Of a DNA stretch of 48,479 bases, positions 17,727-27,723 are shown one piece after another. Each line of letters opens with the position of its first letter. Positions within the stretch are counted from its first letter, which is position 1. The position numbers and the translations under genes are program-made. The notes below the pieces were generated by a model. It was not told the DNA's origin, did not search any database, and was given only the letters and a program-made list of their open reading frames with translations. This DNA is from Alphaproteobacteria bacterium (GTDB taxonomy: Bacteria > Pseudomonadota > Alphaproteobacteria > RS24). The DNA lies in the NCBI GenBank assembly GCA_965657665.1, contig CBFHPF010000001.1:1-48479 (forward strand). Direction: 5' to 3'.

Positions 17727-18305
17727 ATGTTACGTAGGCTATATGATTTTACATTGCACCTTTCCGGCCACCGCCATGCAGCGTGGGGGTTGGGGGCCGT
17801 ATCGTTTATTGAAAGCTCGGTTTTTCCCATTCCGCCCGATTTAATGCTCATCCCGATGGTGATGGCCAAGCGCAGCAAAGCTTGGCTTTATGCACTGATT
17901 TGCACATTGGCCTCAGTCGCCGGTGCGGTGCTGGGATATGTTATCGGCTATGCGCTATGGGAGAGCCTCGGCCAACCGATTATCGCTTTTTATAACGGCA
18001 CTGAGGCGTTTGATAAATTTACATCGTTTTATGATATTTGGGGCGTCTGGATTGTATTGGCCGCCGCGATTTCGTTTCTGCCCTATAAAGTCGCAACCAT
18101 TGCCAGCGGCGTTGCGGGTCTGGCCCTTGCGCCATTTTTAATTGCCGGATTGGTTGGGCGCGGATTGCGGTTTTTCGCCGTCGCCGCGCTGATTTATTAT
18201 TTCGGGCCGCAAATTAGGCAATTAATTGATCGCTATTTCAATATTCTGTCATTTGCCTTTATCGCCCTTTTGCTACTCGGCTTTATTTTATTGGGAGCGG
18301 CCTGA
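17727..18305 (+). CDS. YqaA/DedA-family membrane protein
   Basis: SFIESSVFPIPPD, PYKVATIASG, GRGLRFF. Confidence 0.9.
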   Translation: MLRRLYDFTLHLSGHRHAAWGLGAVSFIESSVFPIPPDLMLIPMVMAKRSKAWLYALICTLASVAGAVLGYVIGYALWESLGQPIIAFYNGTEAFDKFTSFYDIWGVWIVLAAAISFLPYKVATIASGVAGLALAPFLIAGLVGRGLRFFAVAALIYYFGPQIRQLIDRYFNILSFAFIALLLLGFILLGAA

Positions 18306-18811
18306 TGAGCATGGCAGACATGCGGCGCGATATTTTGCTGACCGGCATTATCGCTTTCGTCATTATTTCAGTGGCGCTGGCCAGCGAGATATTTGGCGGC
18401 CTATTGCCCTGCGCTTTGTGCCTCAAACAGCGCGTGCCTTATTACGTCGCTCTGCCACTTTTATTATTGGCCTATTTTTACGCCCCGCACGCGCCGCGCG
18501 CCATAAGCGGTTTGCTTTCTACTGTCGGTATTATTTTTTTGGGTGGGGCTGCCTTGGCGGCCTATCACGCCGGAATTGAATACGGCTTTTGGGCCGGACC
18601 GGCCAGTTGTGGCAGCGGCGGCGGCATATCCGGCTCAACCGATGCGCTGATGGCGGCATTGAAAAAATCATCCATTGTGCGCTGCGATGCGCCCGCGTGG
18701 ACATTGTTCGGCATTTCTTTTGCCGGCTATAATGTGCTGGCCAGTCTGGCGCTTGCCGTATTGGCGTTGCGTCATAACCGACACCCCTATCGCGAGGAGA
18801 CCGCGAGATGA
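18305..18811 (+). CDS. dsbB: Disulfide bond formation protein B
   Basis: PCALCLKQR, YHAGIE..FW.GP..C, VRCD. Confidence 0.9.
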   Translation: MSMADMRRDILLTGIIAFVIISVALASEIFGGLLPCALCLKQRVPYYVALPLLLLAYFYAPHAPRAISGLLSTVGIIFLGGAALAAYHAGIEYGFWAGPASCGSGGGISGSTDALMAALKKSSIVRCDAPAWTLFGISFAGYNVLASLALAVLALRHNRHPYREETAR

Positions 18812-19335
18812 GCGAACAACGTTTGCAACAAATGATACGTGTCGACCATGCCGGTGAGCATGGCGCAGTGCGCATTTATGATGGCCAATTGGCAGTGTTT
18901 GACAAAATTCCGGGGATGGAAAAAACCGCCGACATGATCCGCCATATGGCGGCGCAAGAAGAAGAGCATCTCAGCCATTTCGACAATCTGGTTGTTACCC
19001 GCAATATTCGCCCAACCGCTTTCGGCCCGCTATGGGATGTTGCCGGTTTTACGCTTGGCGCTGTTACCGCGCTGATGGGCGAAAAAGCCGCTATGGCATG
19101 CACGGCGGCGGTCGAGACCGAGATTGATGCGCATTATGCGGCGCAATATGACGAGTTGGAAAACGGCACGGATGATGCGTTGCGGGCAACAATCGAAAAG
19201 TTTCGCGCCGATGAAGCCGAGCATCGTGATACCGCATTGGAAAATGGCGCTGAAGAAACGCCGGGCTATGAAACGCTGAGCCGGATTATTCGCTTCGGCT
19301 GCCGCGTCGCCATTCGCGCGTCAGAAAAAATCTAA
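18808..19335 (+). CDS. coq7: Demethoxyubiquinone hydroxylase (di-iron)
   Basis: IRVDHAGE.GA..IY.GQ, EEEH, AMACTAAVE..I..HY, DEAEH. Confidence 0.93.
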   Translation: MSEQRLQQMIRVDHAGEHGAVRIYDGQLAVFDKIPGMEKTADMIRHMAAQEEEHLSHFDNLVVTRNIRPTAFGPLWDVAGFTLGAVTALMGEKAAMACTAAVETEIDAHYAAQYDELENGTDDALRATIEKFRADEAEHRDTALENGAEETPGYETLSRIIRFGCRVAIRASEKI

Positions 19336-19338
19336 ACC

Positions 19339-19941
19339 TTACGGCTCTAACTCGGTATCCCAATAGAGATAATCCTGCCAGCTTTCATGGCAGTAATTGG
19401 GCGGAAACTTGCGCCCGTTTTCATGCAATTGATAAACTGTCGGCTGGCGCGGGGTTAAGCGCGGCACCATGCCCGCCTGTTTCGGCATACGCCCACCTTT
19501 GCGCAAATTACACGGGCTACACGCCGCCACGACATTTTCCCATGTCGTGCGCCCTCCGGCGCGGCGCGGTATTACATGGTCAAAGGTCAAATCACCCGGC
19601 TGACCGCAATATTGACAGCTAAAACCATCGCGCAAAAACACATTAAACCGCGTAAAAGCCGGATGGCGCGGCGGCTTAACATAGGTTTTCAGCGATACCA
19701 CACTGGGCAATAAAAACTCGGTTGAAGGCGAATGCACCACTGTATCGTAATGCGACACAATATTAACGCGGTCGAGCACAACGGCTTTCAGCGTATCTTG
19801 CCATGACCATAAAGAGAGCGGGTAATAGCTGAGCGGGCGAAAATCGGCGTTCAAAACCAATGCCGGACACGAAGCCGGATTTTTAAAATCCGGCGGTGCG
19901 GCTTTCACAAATTCAACGGCATCTGTTCCGTTTCTTTGCAT
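19339..19941 (-). CDS. HNH endonuclease (conserved alphaproteobacterial McrA-like)
   Basis: LVLNADFRPLSYYPLS, FTRFNVFLRD, CQYC..DHVIP...C.PCN.RKG. Confidence 0.9.
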   Translation of the reverse strand: MQRNGTDAVEFVKAAPPDFKNPASCPALVLNADFRPLSYYPLSLWSWQDTLKAVVLDRVNIVSHYDTVVHSPSTEFLLPSVVSLKTYVKPPRHPAFTRFNVFLRDGFSCQYCGQPGDLTFDHVIPRRAGGRTTWENVVAACSPCNLRKGGRMPKQAGMVPRLTPRQPTVYQLHENGRKFPPNYCHESWQDYLYWDTELEP

Positions 19942-20097
19942 GGTCTGGTCTCCGGTTCACCTCGTTAAAAGCTACGCACGAATCACTTCGCCAGTTAAAT
20001 TATGCACTACATTGTGGCGATTTCAGAAATGTGACACAGGGTCTCGGTTAAAACAAGCCTGCGCGCCGGAGACGCGTTTTGCCCAATCAGACAGACG

Positions 20098-20733
20098 TCA
20101 CTTTTTTTTGGCTGCCATTTCGCCATTATAATATGACCATAAAAGCCGCGCCGCCGCGCCGCGATAAGGCTGCCAGCGCTTGGCAAATTCAGCCAGAGCC
20201 TCAGCCGACGGCTTATCATTCATGTGATACATCAGCCGCACGGCGTGCTGCAAAGCCAAATCACCGGCGGGAAACATATCGGCACGGCGCAAAGAAAACA
20301 GCAAATAGCATTGCGCCGTCCAAGGTCCGATGCCCTTCAGCGCCAATAAAGTGTCATAGACAGTGTCATTATCGGCTTTATCGAGCTTTTTAAAATCCAA
20401 ACCATCTTGGCACACGGCAACCGCCAGACCGCGCAAATATTTTTGCTTGGGCCGCGAAATACCGCACGCCCCCAACGCGTCATCATCCAAAGCCAATAGG
20501 TTTTCAGCCGTTACCTTACCAATAGCGGCTTCAAATCGTCCTTGAATGGCCGCCGCCGCCGCGGTTGAAACTTGTTGGCTAATCAAAAGCCGCGCCAAAC
20601 CGGCAAAACCGCTCACGGCATCGCGCAAAGGCGGTGTGCCATAACGCTCAAACGCCGCCGCCAAGGGGTTGTCTTGCGCCGCCAAATGGGTCAGTGCCGC
20701 GGTTAAATCGGCGGTGGATTTATATATTTGCAT
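20098..20733 (-). CDS. alkA: DNA-3-methyladenine glycosylase II (HhH-GPD)
   Basis: SQQVS, LKGIGPWTA, FPAGDLAL, WQPYRG.AA..LW. Confidence 0.88.
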   Translation of the reverse strand: MQIYKSTADLTAALTHLAAQDNPLAAAFERYGTPPLRDAVSGFAGLARLLISQQVSTAAAAAIQGRFEAAIGKVTAENLLALDDDALGACGISRPKQKYLRGLAVAVCQDGLDFKKLDKADNDTVYDTLLALKGIGPWTAQCYLLFSLRRADMFPAGDLALQHAVRLMYHMNDKPSAEALAEFAKRWQPYRGAAARLLWSYYNGEMAAKKK

Positions 20734-20776
20734 GCGCTTGGATTATGCAGCATTGATAAGGCAGATGATAGAGCAG

Positions 20777-21694
20777 ATGAAAACATCAACAGCTTTTAAA
20801 ACCCGCTTTGCCCCCAGCCCGAATGGCTGGCTTCATTTGGGGCATGCTTATTCGGCCTTAACCGGTGCCGATTTGGCAGCGCAAGCGGGCGGGCAGTTTA
20901 TTGTGCGCCTCGAAGATATTGATGTCGGGCGCGCACGACCGCATTTTGTCGATGGCATTTATCAAGATCTTGAATGGCTTGGCCTCGATTGGCCGCAGCC
21001 TGTCATGGTGCAATCAGAGCGCTTTGAAATTTATCAAACCGCGCTCAATAAATTACGCCAACAAGGGCTGGTTTATCCGTGCTGGGCGACACGGCGCGAT
21101 ATATCCAACGCTATTGCACAGCGCACGGCAGACGGCGAAAGCTGGCCGCGCGACCCGGATGGCGCACCGCTTTATCCGGGCCTGCATCGCGACCTGCCCG
21201 ATAGCGAAAGGCGCAAGCTAATGTGGGAAGGCGGCTCTTATGCATGGCGGCTTGATATGCAAAAAGCCGTGCAGATGATTGAGCGTAATGAAGGCACTAA
21301 TAGCGCACCGTTTTATTATATCGAGACGGCAAGCGGCGAAGAGAGCCGCATTGCTTTCGACCCGCTCAGCTATGGTGATGTTGTGCTGGCGCGCAAAGAT
21401 GTGCCGACCAGCTATCACCTTGCCGTGGTGGTCGATGATGCGGCGCAAAACATCACCCATGTTACACGCGGGCAAGATTTGGCGGCTGCCACGTCTATCC
21501 ATATTCTGCTGCAAAAATTGCTTGGCCTCCCGACCCCGCTTTATCATCATCATGGGCTGGTGCGCGACACGAGCGGGCGGCGGCTCTCCAAGCAAGCGGG
21601 CGATAGCGGGTTTCGCGAATTGCGCCAAATGGGTTTGTTAGTCAATGAGGTGAAAGCGCTTTTGCCCCCGCCTTTCGGAAATGCCGAAATATAA
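20777..21694 (+). CDS. gluQ: Glutamyl-Q tRNA(Asp) synthetase; start 20765 or 20777
   Basis: TRFAPSPNG.LHLGH, SYHLAVVVDD, TRG.DL, RLSK; no anticodon-binding domain. Confidence 0.9.
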   Translation: MKTSTAFKTRFAPSPNGWLHLGHAYSALTGADLAAQAGGQFIVRLEDIDVGRARPHFVDGIYQDLEWLGLDWPQPVMVQSERFEIYQTALNKLRQQGLVYPCWATRRDISNAIAQRTADGESWPRDPDGAPLYPGLHRDLPDSERRKLMWEGGSYAWRLDMQKAVQMIERNEGTNSAPFYYIETASGEESRIAFDPLSYGDVVLARKDVPTSYHLAVVVDDAAQNITHVTRGQDLAAATSIHILLQKLLGLPTPLYHHHGLVRDTSGRRLSKQAGDSGFRELRQMGLLVNEVKALLPPPFGNAEI

Positions 21695-21763
21695 AGCGCG
21701 ACAGCTTGTCATGGGTGGCATCATCGGCTTGTCATCACCGGAAAATTCGATAGTCTTTCTGAC

Positions 21764-23392
21764 ATGAGTGCTGCCGAAGAAATTTTACACCAAGAAAACG
21801 CGTCCTTGCTGGCTATGGTCAGCGAAGCAGACCGCGCCCTCAACGCCTTGCGCGATGCGCTGAACGGTCCTGCGCCTGCGCATCTCGACCAGTTTGGTCG
21901 TCACGGACGCGCTTGGGCCGCAACCTATCTTAAAGCCATCGGGCAAATGGCCGCTTATCTCGATAGAATGCAGAGCGAAGCGCGTCTGTCGCCGCTGGAT
22001 GAGCATTTATCTCTTATTGTTATTGGCGAATATCTCAGCCAGCTGCAAGGTGGCTTGCCGATGAGCCAAGGCGAAATTGTGCGCCCTAATGATATTGGCT
22101 TTGAGCGTTTGCCGGGCTTTGACAATCCGGCCATTCAAAGCCTGATAGCAACGGGCAATACGGCCACACGCCGCGCCGCCGCTGCAGCGCTTATGGCACA
22201 ACAAGGCAGCACCGAAGCCAATGCCGGCCTTGATGACACGCATATGATGATACGCGACCAGTTTCGCCGTTTCGCTGATGACAAAGTCATGCCGCATGCC
22301 CATCAATGGCATTTGGATGATACGCTGATACCGCTGGAACTGATTGAAGAACTGGCAGGTCTGGGTGTTTTCGGCCTGACAATTCCTGAGGAATTTGGCG
22401 GCATGGGGCTGGGCAAGCAAGCCATGTGCGTGGTGTCGGAAGAATTATCGCGCGGCTATATCGGTGTCGGCTCATTGGGCACGCGCACAGATATTGCCGG
22501 TGAATTAATCTTGCAAAACGGCACGGCGGAACAAAAGCAAAAATATCTGCCTGCCATCGCCAATGGCTCGATTTTGCCGACTGCGGTTTTCACCGAACCC
22601 AATACCGGCTCTGATTTGGCCTCGCTGGCGACACGGGCTGAAAAAACCGAAACCGGCTATCGCCTGACCGGCAATAAAACCTGGATTACCCATGGCGCGC
22701 GCGCCGACATGATGACCCTTTTGGCGCGCAGCGAGCCGGATGTGAAAGGCCATAGCGGCCTGAGCATGTTTTTGGCTGAAAAACCGCGCGGCGATGACAC
22801 CACGCCTTTTCCGGCTGAGGGCATGCAAGGCGGTGAAATTGAGGTGCTGGGTTATCGCGGCATGAAAGAATATGACATTGCTTTTGACGGCTTTGACGTG
22901 CCGCAAGACGCTGTGCTGGGTGGGCAAACCGGCAAGGGCTTTAAGCAATTAATGCAAACTTTTGAAAGCGCCCGCATTCAAACGGCCGCGCGCGCCATTG
23001 GTGTGGCGCAAAGCGCGCTTGAACTGGGCTTTACCTATGCCGACCAACGCACACAATTCGGCAAAAAGATTTATAGCTTTGAGCGCGTCTCGGGCAAGCT
23101 GGTGATGATGGCGGCGGAAATTTTGGCCGGTCGGCAATTGACCTATTTTGCCGCGCGCCGCAAAGATGACGGCCATCGCTGCGATTTGGAAGCCGGTATG
23201 GCGAAATTATTGGCGGCGCGTATTGCTTGGGCGGCGGCGGATAATGCGCTGCAAGTGCATGGCGGCAATGGGTTTGCGCTGGAATATCCGATAAGTCGGG
23301 TTTTATGCGATGCGCGTATTTTAAATATTTTTGAGGGCGCGGCAGAAATCCAAGCCGATATTATTGCCCGCCGACTGGCCGAAACCGCTTAA
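21764..23392 (+). CDS. mcd: Acyl-CoA dehydrogenase, probably (2S)-methylsuccinyl-CoA dehydrogenase
   Basis: ACAD core (FTEPNTGSD, NKTWITH, IFEGAAEIQ) plus the long N-terminal extension with GEYL.QL.GG.PMSQGEIVRP, EELSRGYIGVGSLGTR and EIEVLGYRGMKEY recalled as characteristic of Mcd. Confidence 0.8.
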   Translation: MSAAEEILHQENASLLAMVSEADRALNALRDALNGPAPAHLDQFGRHGRAWAATYLKAIGQMAAYLDRMQSEARLSPLDEHLSLIVIGEYLSQLQGGLPMSQGEIVRPNDIGFERLPGFDNPAIQSLIATGNTATRRAAAAALMAQQGSTEANAGLDDTHMMIRDQFRRFADDKVMPHAHQWHLDDTLIPLELIEELAGLGVFGLTIPEEFGGMGLGKQAMCVVSEELSRGYIGVGSLGTRTDIAGELILQNGTAEQKQKYLPAIANGSILPTAVFTEPNTGSDLASLATRAEKTETGYRLTGNKTWITHGARADMMTLLARSEPDVKGHSGLSMFLAEKPRGDDTTPFPAEGMQGGEIEVLGYRGMKEYDIAFDGFDVPQDAVLGGQTGKGFKQLMQTFESARIQTAARAIGVAQSALELGFTYADQRTQFGKKIYSFERVSGKLVMMAAEILAGRQLTYFAARRKDDGHRCDLEAGMAKLLAARIAWAAADNALQVHGGNGFALEYPISRVLCDARILNIFEGAAEIQADIIARRLAETA

Positions 23393-23425
23393 ACGAGCTA
23401 CATCATCAGCCGAAAGGCACATATT

Positions 23426-23614
23426 ATGAGTTTCATTAATTATCTTATTCCGGTCGGCTTGGCGGCTGTGACGCTCGTCTTGCTGGCGGGGCTGTTCAAT
23501 ATGCTGAAAAGCGGCTCGGCCTCGACCTCGCAAAAACTTATGCGCTGGCGCGTTGGGCTACAATTTGCCACTATCGTTTTGGTCATGCTGGGCTTTTATT
23601 TGTCCGGCCGATAA
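23426..23614 (+). CDS. HIG1-domain twin-transmembrane small protein
   Basis: Two TM helices around SQKLMRWRVGLQF; usual position upstream of pduO-etf. Confidence 0.88.
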   Translation: MSFINYLIPVGLAAVTLVLLAGLFNMLKSGSASTSQKLMRWRVGLQFATIVLVMLGFYLSGR

Positions 23615-23638
23615 GGCGCAACAAGCTCTAGAGGCATT

Positions 23639-24205
23639 ATGGTCAAGCTGAATAAAATCTATACCAAATCGGGTGATGACGGCACCACCGGACTGGCTGA
23701 TGGCTCGCGCCGCCCCAAACATGATGCGCGTATTGCGTGTTATGGCGCGGTAGATGAGGCCAATGCTGCGCTCGGATTGGCGCGGCTTTATTTGGCTGAT
23801 AACCCTGATTTGGATGCGCTTATCGGCCGCCTGCAAAATGATTTATTTGATTTGGGTGCTGATTTGGCAACCCCTGAAACAGATAAGTTTGAGGCCTTGC
23901 GCATTTCGCCCAAACAAGTCACGCGGCTGGAAAATGAGATTGACCAGCTCAATGCCGACTTGGCGCCGCTCGACAGTTTCATCTTGCCTGGTGGGTCTGC
24001 GGCGGCCGCGCATTTGCATTTGGCGCGCACGTTAATTCGCCGCGCCGAACGCCTATTATCATCTGCACGCGATAAAGGCGATGCGTTTAGCGAACCGGCG
24101 CGCCAATTTATCAATCGTGCGTCTGATTTATTATTTGTTGCCGCCCGCGCTGCCAATGAAAACGGCACGGCTGATGTATTATGGCAGCCGGGACAAAATC
24201 GCTGA
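23639..24205 (+). CDS. pduO: Cob(I)alamin adenosyltransferase (PduO-type)
   Basis: KIYTKSGDDGTT, YGAVDEAN, QNDLFDLG, FILPGG, RRAER, NR.SD.LF. Confidence 0.92.
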   Translation: MVKLNKIYTKSGDDGTTGLADGSRRPKHDARIACYGAVDEANAALGLARLYLADNPDLDALIGRLQNDLFDLGADLATPETDKFEALRISPKQVTRLENEIDQLNADLAPLDSFILPGGSAAAAHLHLARTLIRRAERLLSSARDKGDAFSEPARQFINRASDLLFVAARAANENGTADVLWQPGQNR

Positions 24206-24235
24206 ATTAACCGCCCGATATGCCCCCTCAAAAGC

Positions 24236-24300
24236 GGTGCATTTTGACGCAGTCCCTTATGCGCAGCTCGATTGACTTATAACCGGCAAGTCTCTAAATC
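24236..24300 (+). promoter_or_regulatory. Putative etfBA promoter with an upstream RegA/PrrA-like box
   Basis: GGTGC-ATTTT-GACGC (24236-24250); TTGACT(24272-24277)-17 nt-TAAATC(24295-24300). Confidence 0.45.
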
Positions 24301-24351
24301 TTTCCCAATGCGCGTCGGAATTTTGGCGCGGTAGCTTAGTGGAGAAACCTT

Positions 24352-25101
24352 ATGAAAATTCTCGTCCCCGTGAAACGCGTGGTTGATTATAACGTCAAAA
24401 TTCGCGTCAAGCCGGACCAAACCGGTGTCGATTTGGCCAATGTCAAAATGTCGATGAACCCATTTTGTGAAATCGCTGTTGAAGAAGCCGTTCGCTTGCA
24501 AGAAGCCGGTACGGCAACTGAGATTGTGGTTGTTTCCGTCGGCCCGACCCAAGCGCAAGAAACCATTCGTACCGCGCTGGCCATGGGTGCCGATCGCGGC
24601 ATTTTGGTGAAAACCGAAGATGATATGGAACCGCTGGGCATTGCCAAAGTTCTTAAAGGTGTTGTCGAAGCCGAAAGCCCGGATTTGGTTATCCTCGGCA
24701 AGCAGGCAATTGATGGCGACAATAACCAGACCGGCCAAATGCTGGCTGCGCTGTTGGGCTGGAGCCAAGGCACATTCGCCTCTGAGCTTGGCATTGATGG
24801 CGATAAAGTAAATGTGACGCGCGAAATCGATGGCGGTCTGCAAAATGTCAAATTGGCAATGCCGGCCATTATCACCACTGACTTGCGCCTCAATGAACCG
24901 CGCTATGCTTCATTGCCGAATATTATGAAGGCGAAGAAGAAGCCGATTGATGAAAAAGAATTGAGCGAATATGCCGCCGATGCGGCGCCGCGTCTTGAAA
25001 TCGTCAAGGTAAGCGAACCGCCGGTACGTGAAGCCGGTGTCAAAGTAGAAACCGTCGGCGAATTGGTCGACAAGCTGAAAAACGAAGCAGGAGTGCTGTA
25101 A
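24352..25101 (+). CDS. etfB: Electron transfer flavoprotein beta subunit
   Basis: [41 protein letters not shown]. Confidence 0.97.
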   Translation: MKILVPVKRVVDYNVKIRVKPDQTGVDLANVKMSMNPFCEIAVEEAVRLQEAGTATEIVVVSVGPTQAQETIRTALAMGADRGILVKTEDDMEPLGIAKVLKGVVEAESPDLVILGKQAIDGDNNQTGQMLAALLGWSQGTFASELGIDGDKVNVTREIDGGLQNVKLAMPAIITTDLRLNEPRYASLPNIMKAKKKPIDEKELSEYAADAAPRLEIVKVSEPPVREAGVKVETVGELVDKLKNEAGVL

Positions 25102-26042
25102 TGAATACGCTGCTGATTGCCGAACACAATAATGAAACACTGGCTGATGCCACTGTTAAATCTGTAACTGCTGCTGCCCAAATGGGTGGTGAGTGCCATG
25201 TGCTGGTCGCCGGTAGCGGCTGTGCCGGTGTGGCTGAGCAAGCCGCCAAATTGGACGGTGTCGCTAAAGTGCTGCTGGCTGATGACGCACAATATGAAAA
25301 ACAACTGGCCGAGCCGATGGCTGATCTGGTTGTTTCTCTGGCTGACGGCTATGCGAGCATCGCAACGCCAGCTTCAACCAATGGCAAAAACTTTACACCG
25401 CGCATTGCAGCCCTGTTGGACTGCAGCCAAGTGTCAGACATTACCGCTGTGATTGACCCGAACACGTTTGAGCGTCCGATTTATGCCGGTAACGCCATTC
25501 AAACCGTTAAAGTCAATGAAGCCAAGAAAGCCATCACCATCCGCCCGACTGCCTTTGCAGCGGCCGGTGATGGTGGCAGCGCAGCTGTTGAAAATGTAAC
25601 GGCTGCAGCCAATCCGGGTCTGTCTGAGTTTATCAGCGAAGAGCTGACCAAATCTGACCGTCCGGAGCTGACCTCGGCGAAAGTCGTCGTATCAGGTGGT
25701 CGCGGCATGCAATCGGGCGATAATTTCCCGATGCTGGAAAAAGTCGCTGACAAGCTGGGTGCCGCTGTAGGCGCTTCACGCGCCGCCGTTGATGCGGGCT
25801 TTGTGCCAAATGATTATCAGGTCGGTCAAACCGGTAAGGTTGTTGCACCGGAGCTTTACATTGCGGTCGGCATTTCAGGTGCCATCCAGCATTTGGCCGG
25901 TATGAAGGACTCGAAAGTCATTGTTGCTATCAACAAAGACGAAGAAGCACCGATTTTCCAAGTTGCTGATTATGGCTTGGTGGCAGATTTGTTCACCGCC
26001 GTACCGGAACTGGAAGACGAATTGGGCAAAGCCGGTCTGTAA
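25101..26042 (+). CDS. etfA: Electron transfer flavoprotein alpha subunit
   Basis: [37 protein letters not shown]. Confidence 0.97.
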   Translation: MNTLLIAEHNNETLADATVKSVTAAAQMGGECHVLVAGSGCAGVAEQAAKLDGVAKVLLADDAQYEKQLAEPMADLVVSLADGYASIATPASTNGKNFTPRIAALLDCSQVSDITAVIDPNTFERPIYAGNAIQTVKVNEAKKAITIRPTAFAAAGDGGSAAVENVTAAANPGLSEFISEELTKSDRPELTSAKVVVSGGRGMQSGDNFPMLEKVADKLGAAVGASRAAVDAGFVPNDYQVGQTGKVVAPELYIAVGISGAIQHLAGMKDSKVIVAINKDEEAPIFQVADYGLVADLFTAVPELEDELGKAGL

Positions 26043-26052
26043 GACCGGCTTT
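26028..26052 (+). terminator. Stem-loop overlapping the etfA stop codon (terminator or mRNA stabiliser)
   Basis: aaagccggtct-gta-agaccggcttt, 11-bp stem; short T tail. Confidence 0.55.
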
Positions 26053-26083
26053 CGCCGTTTGACGCATTATATCAGGGGGTTTT

Positions 26084-26962
26084 ATGTCAGACTTGAACAC
26101 GGTCGGCATTATCGGAGCGGGACAAATGGGATGCGGTATTGCGCATGTCTTTGCCCTTTCCGGCTCCCGCGTCCTGCTCAATGATATTTCGCAAGAACGC
26201 ATTGAAGCGGGCATTGCCACCATTACCGGCAATTTGGCGCGCCAAGTCGCCGGTGGCAAAATTACCGAGGCGGACAACGAAGCTGCGCTGTCACGCCTGC
26301 ATCCGGCGCTTAATCTTTCTTTGATGAGCGAAGCCGGTTTGGCCATTGAAGCAGCCAGCGAAAATGAGACAATCAAAAGCGAGATTTTGCGCGAAGTCAG
26401 CTCTGTACTGCCGCCTGAAGCCATCATCGCTTCCAACACATCATCGCTATCCATCACCCGTCTGGCGGCGGCAACCGACCGCCCGGAACGCTTTATCGGC
26501 ATGCATTTCATGAACCCTGTGCCGGTTATGGAATTGGTTGAAATCATTCGTGGCATCGCCACCTCTGATGAAACCTATGAAACAACCCGCAATTTGGTAG
26601 AAAAACTCGGCAAAACATCCTGCGTGGCAGAAGATTTTCCGGCCTTTATCGTCAATCGTCTGCTACTGCCGATGATTAATGAGGCGGTCTATGCGCTGCA
26701 CGAAGGCGTTGGTGATGTCATCAGCATCGACAAGGCGATGAAGCTGGGTGCCAATCATCGCATGGGGCCGTTTGAGCTGGCAGATTTTATCGGGCTGGAT
26801 ACCTGCCTGTCGATTATGCAAGTGCTGTTTGACGGACTGGCCGATAGCAAATATCGACCATGCCCCCTATTGGTTAAATATGTCGAGGCCGGATGGTTGG
26901 GTCGCAAAACCGGCAAAGGCTTTTACGATTATAGCGGCGATGTGCCTGTCCCAACGCGTTAG
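26084..26962 (+). CDS. hbd: 3-hydroxybutyryl-CoA dehydrogenase
   Basis: [40 protein letters not shown]. Confidence 0.92.
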   Translation: MSDLNTVGIIGAGQMGCGIAHVFALSGSRVLLNDISQERIEAGIATITGNLARQVAGGKITEADNEAALSRLHPALNLSLMSEAGLAIEAASENETIKSEILREVSSVLPPEAIIASNTSSLSITRLAAATDRPERFIGMHFMNPVPVMELVEIIRGIATSDETYETTRNLVEKLGKTSCVAEDFPAFIVNRLLLPMINEAVYALHEGVGDVISIDKAMKLGANHRMGPFELADFIGLDTCLSIMQVLFDGLADSKYRPCPLLVKYVEAGWLGRKTGKGFYDYSGDVPVPTR

Positions 26963-27041
26963 TGTTGGACCAAAATAGAGCCAACCCGCTAGGGCCCCTT
27001 TTTAAAAGAAAGCCGACACTTAGGTGTCGAGCCAAAATCAT

Positions 27042-27698
27042 TTATTTGAGATAGCCATCCAGCAGCTGATGCACGGCGGCGCTGTTCCAATCCGCTTCAC
27101 CGGCAAGACGACCGATTTCGCGGCCATCAGGTGCGACCAGCAATGTGGTTGGCAGACCAATAAGCTTGGCGGCGCGCGCCGATTTATAGCTCGGATCATA
27201 AGCCCGCAGCACATGGCGCACGCCCAAATCATTGAGGAATTTTTCCGGCTTGGCACTGCCGCCGCGGTCAACCGACAAGGTCAGCACACGAAAGCCGCTG
27301 GCCTGATAACGCTGCGCCAGCGCATCCAATTGCGGCATTTCCTTGCGGCACGGTGCGCACCATGTGGCCCAAAAATTGACCAATAAATAATCGCCGGTGA
27401 AATCTGAAAAATTCACCTCGCGACCATCAGCCATTTGCAACGCCATATCCGGCAAATCTTGTGGGCTGGCATGGGTGACAAAATTTTTCAGCACGGCTTT
27501 ATTTTGCATCGCGCCATTAGTCGCGCCATTCGTCGTGCGGTCGGCGGCAATACTGGCCTTGCCTTGACCTTCGCCCTTCCTGTATACGGTCTCACGAGAC
27601 GTCACTTGTGCAACGATGACAACCAGCACAGCGAGACCACATAAAACCGCCGCGGCGCTTTTTGGTGTGCGGACAAAACGGATGAAATGTGACAACAT
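27042..27698 (-). CDS. tlpA: TlpA-family thiol:disulfide oxidoreductase
   Basis: N-terminal TM helix; [15 protein letters not shown]; GLPTT; SD aggagg before ATG 27698. Confidence 0.9.
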   Translation of the reverse strand: MLSHFIRFVRTPKSAAAVLCGLAVLVVIVAQVTSRETVYRKGEGQGKASIAADRTTNGATNGAMQNKAVLKNFVTHASPQDLPDMALQMADGREVNFSDFTGDYLLVNFWATWCAPCRKEMPQLDALAQRYQASGFRVLTLSVDRGGSAKPEKFLNDLGVRHVLRAYDPSYKSARAAKLIGLPTTLLVAPDGREIGRLAGEADWNSAAVHQLLDGYLK

Positions 27699-27723
27699 GA
27701 TACCTCCTGAAAGGGGAGTGGCT

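Noticed and set aside
19339-19941. HNH nuclease as a defence or homing element
   Set aside because: Matches the widely conserved alphaproteobacterial HNH found near alkA/gluQ; no methylase, intron or repeat context.
13556-27698. Selenocysteine or recoding in redox proteins (TusA, ArsC-like, DsbB, TlpA)
   Set aside because: All active-site positions are ordinary Cys codons in uninterrupted frames.
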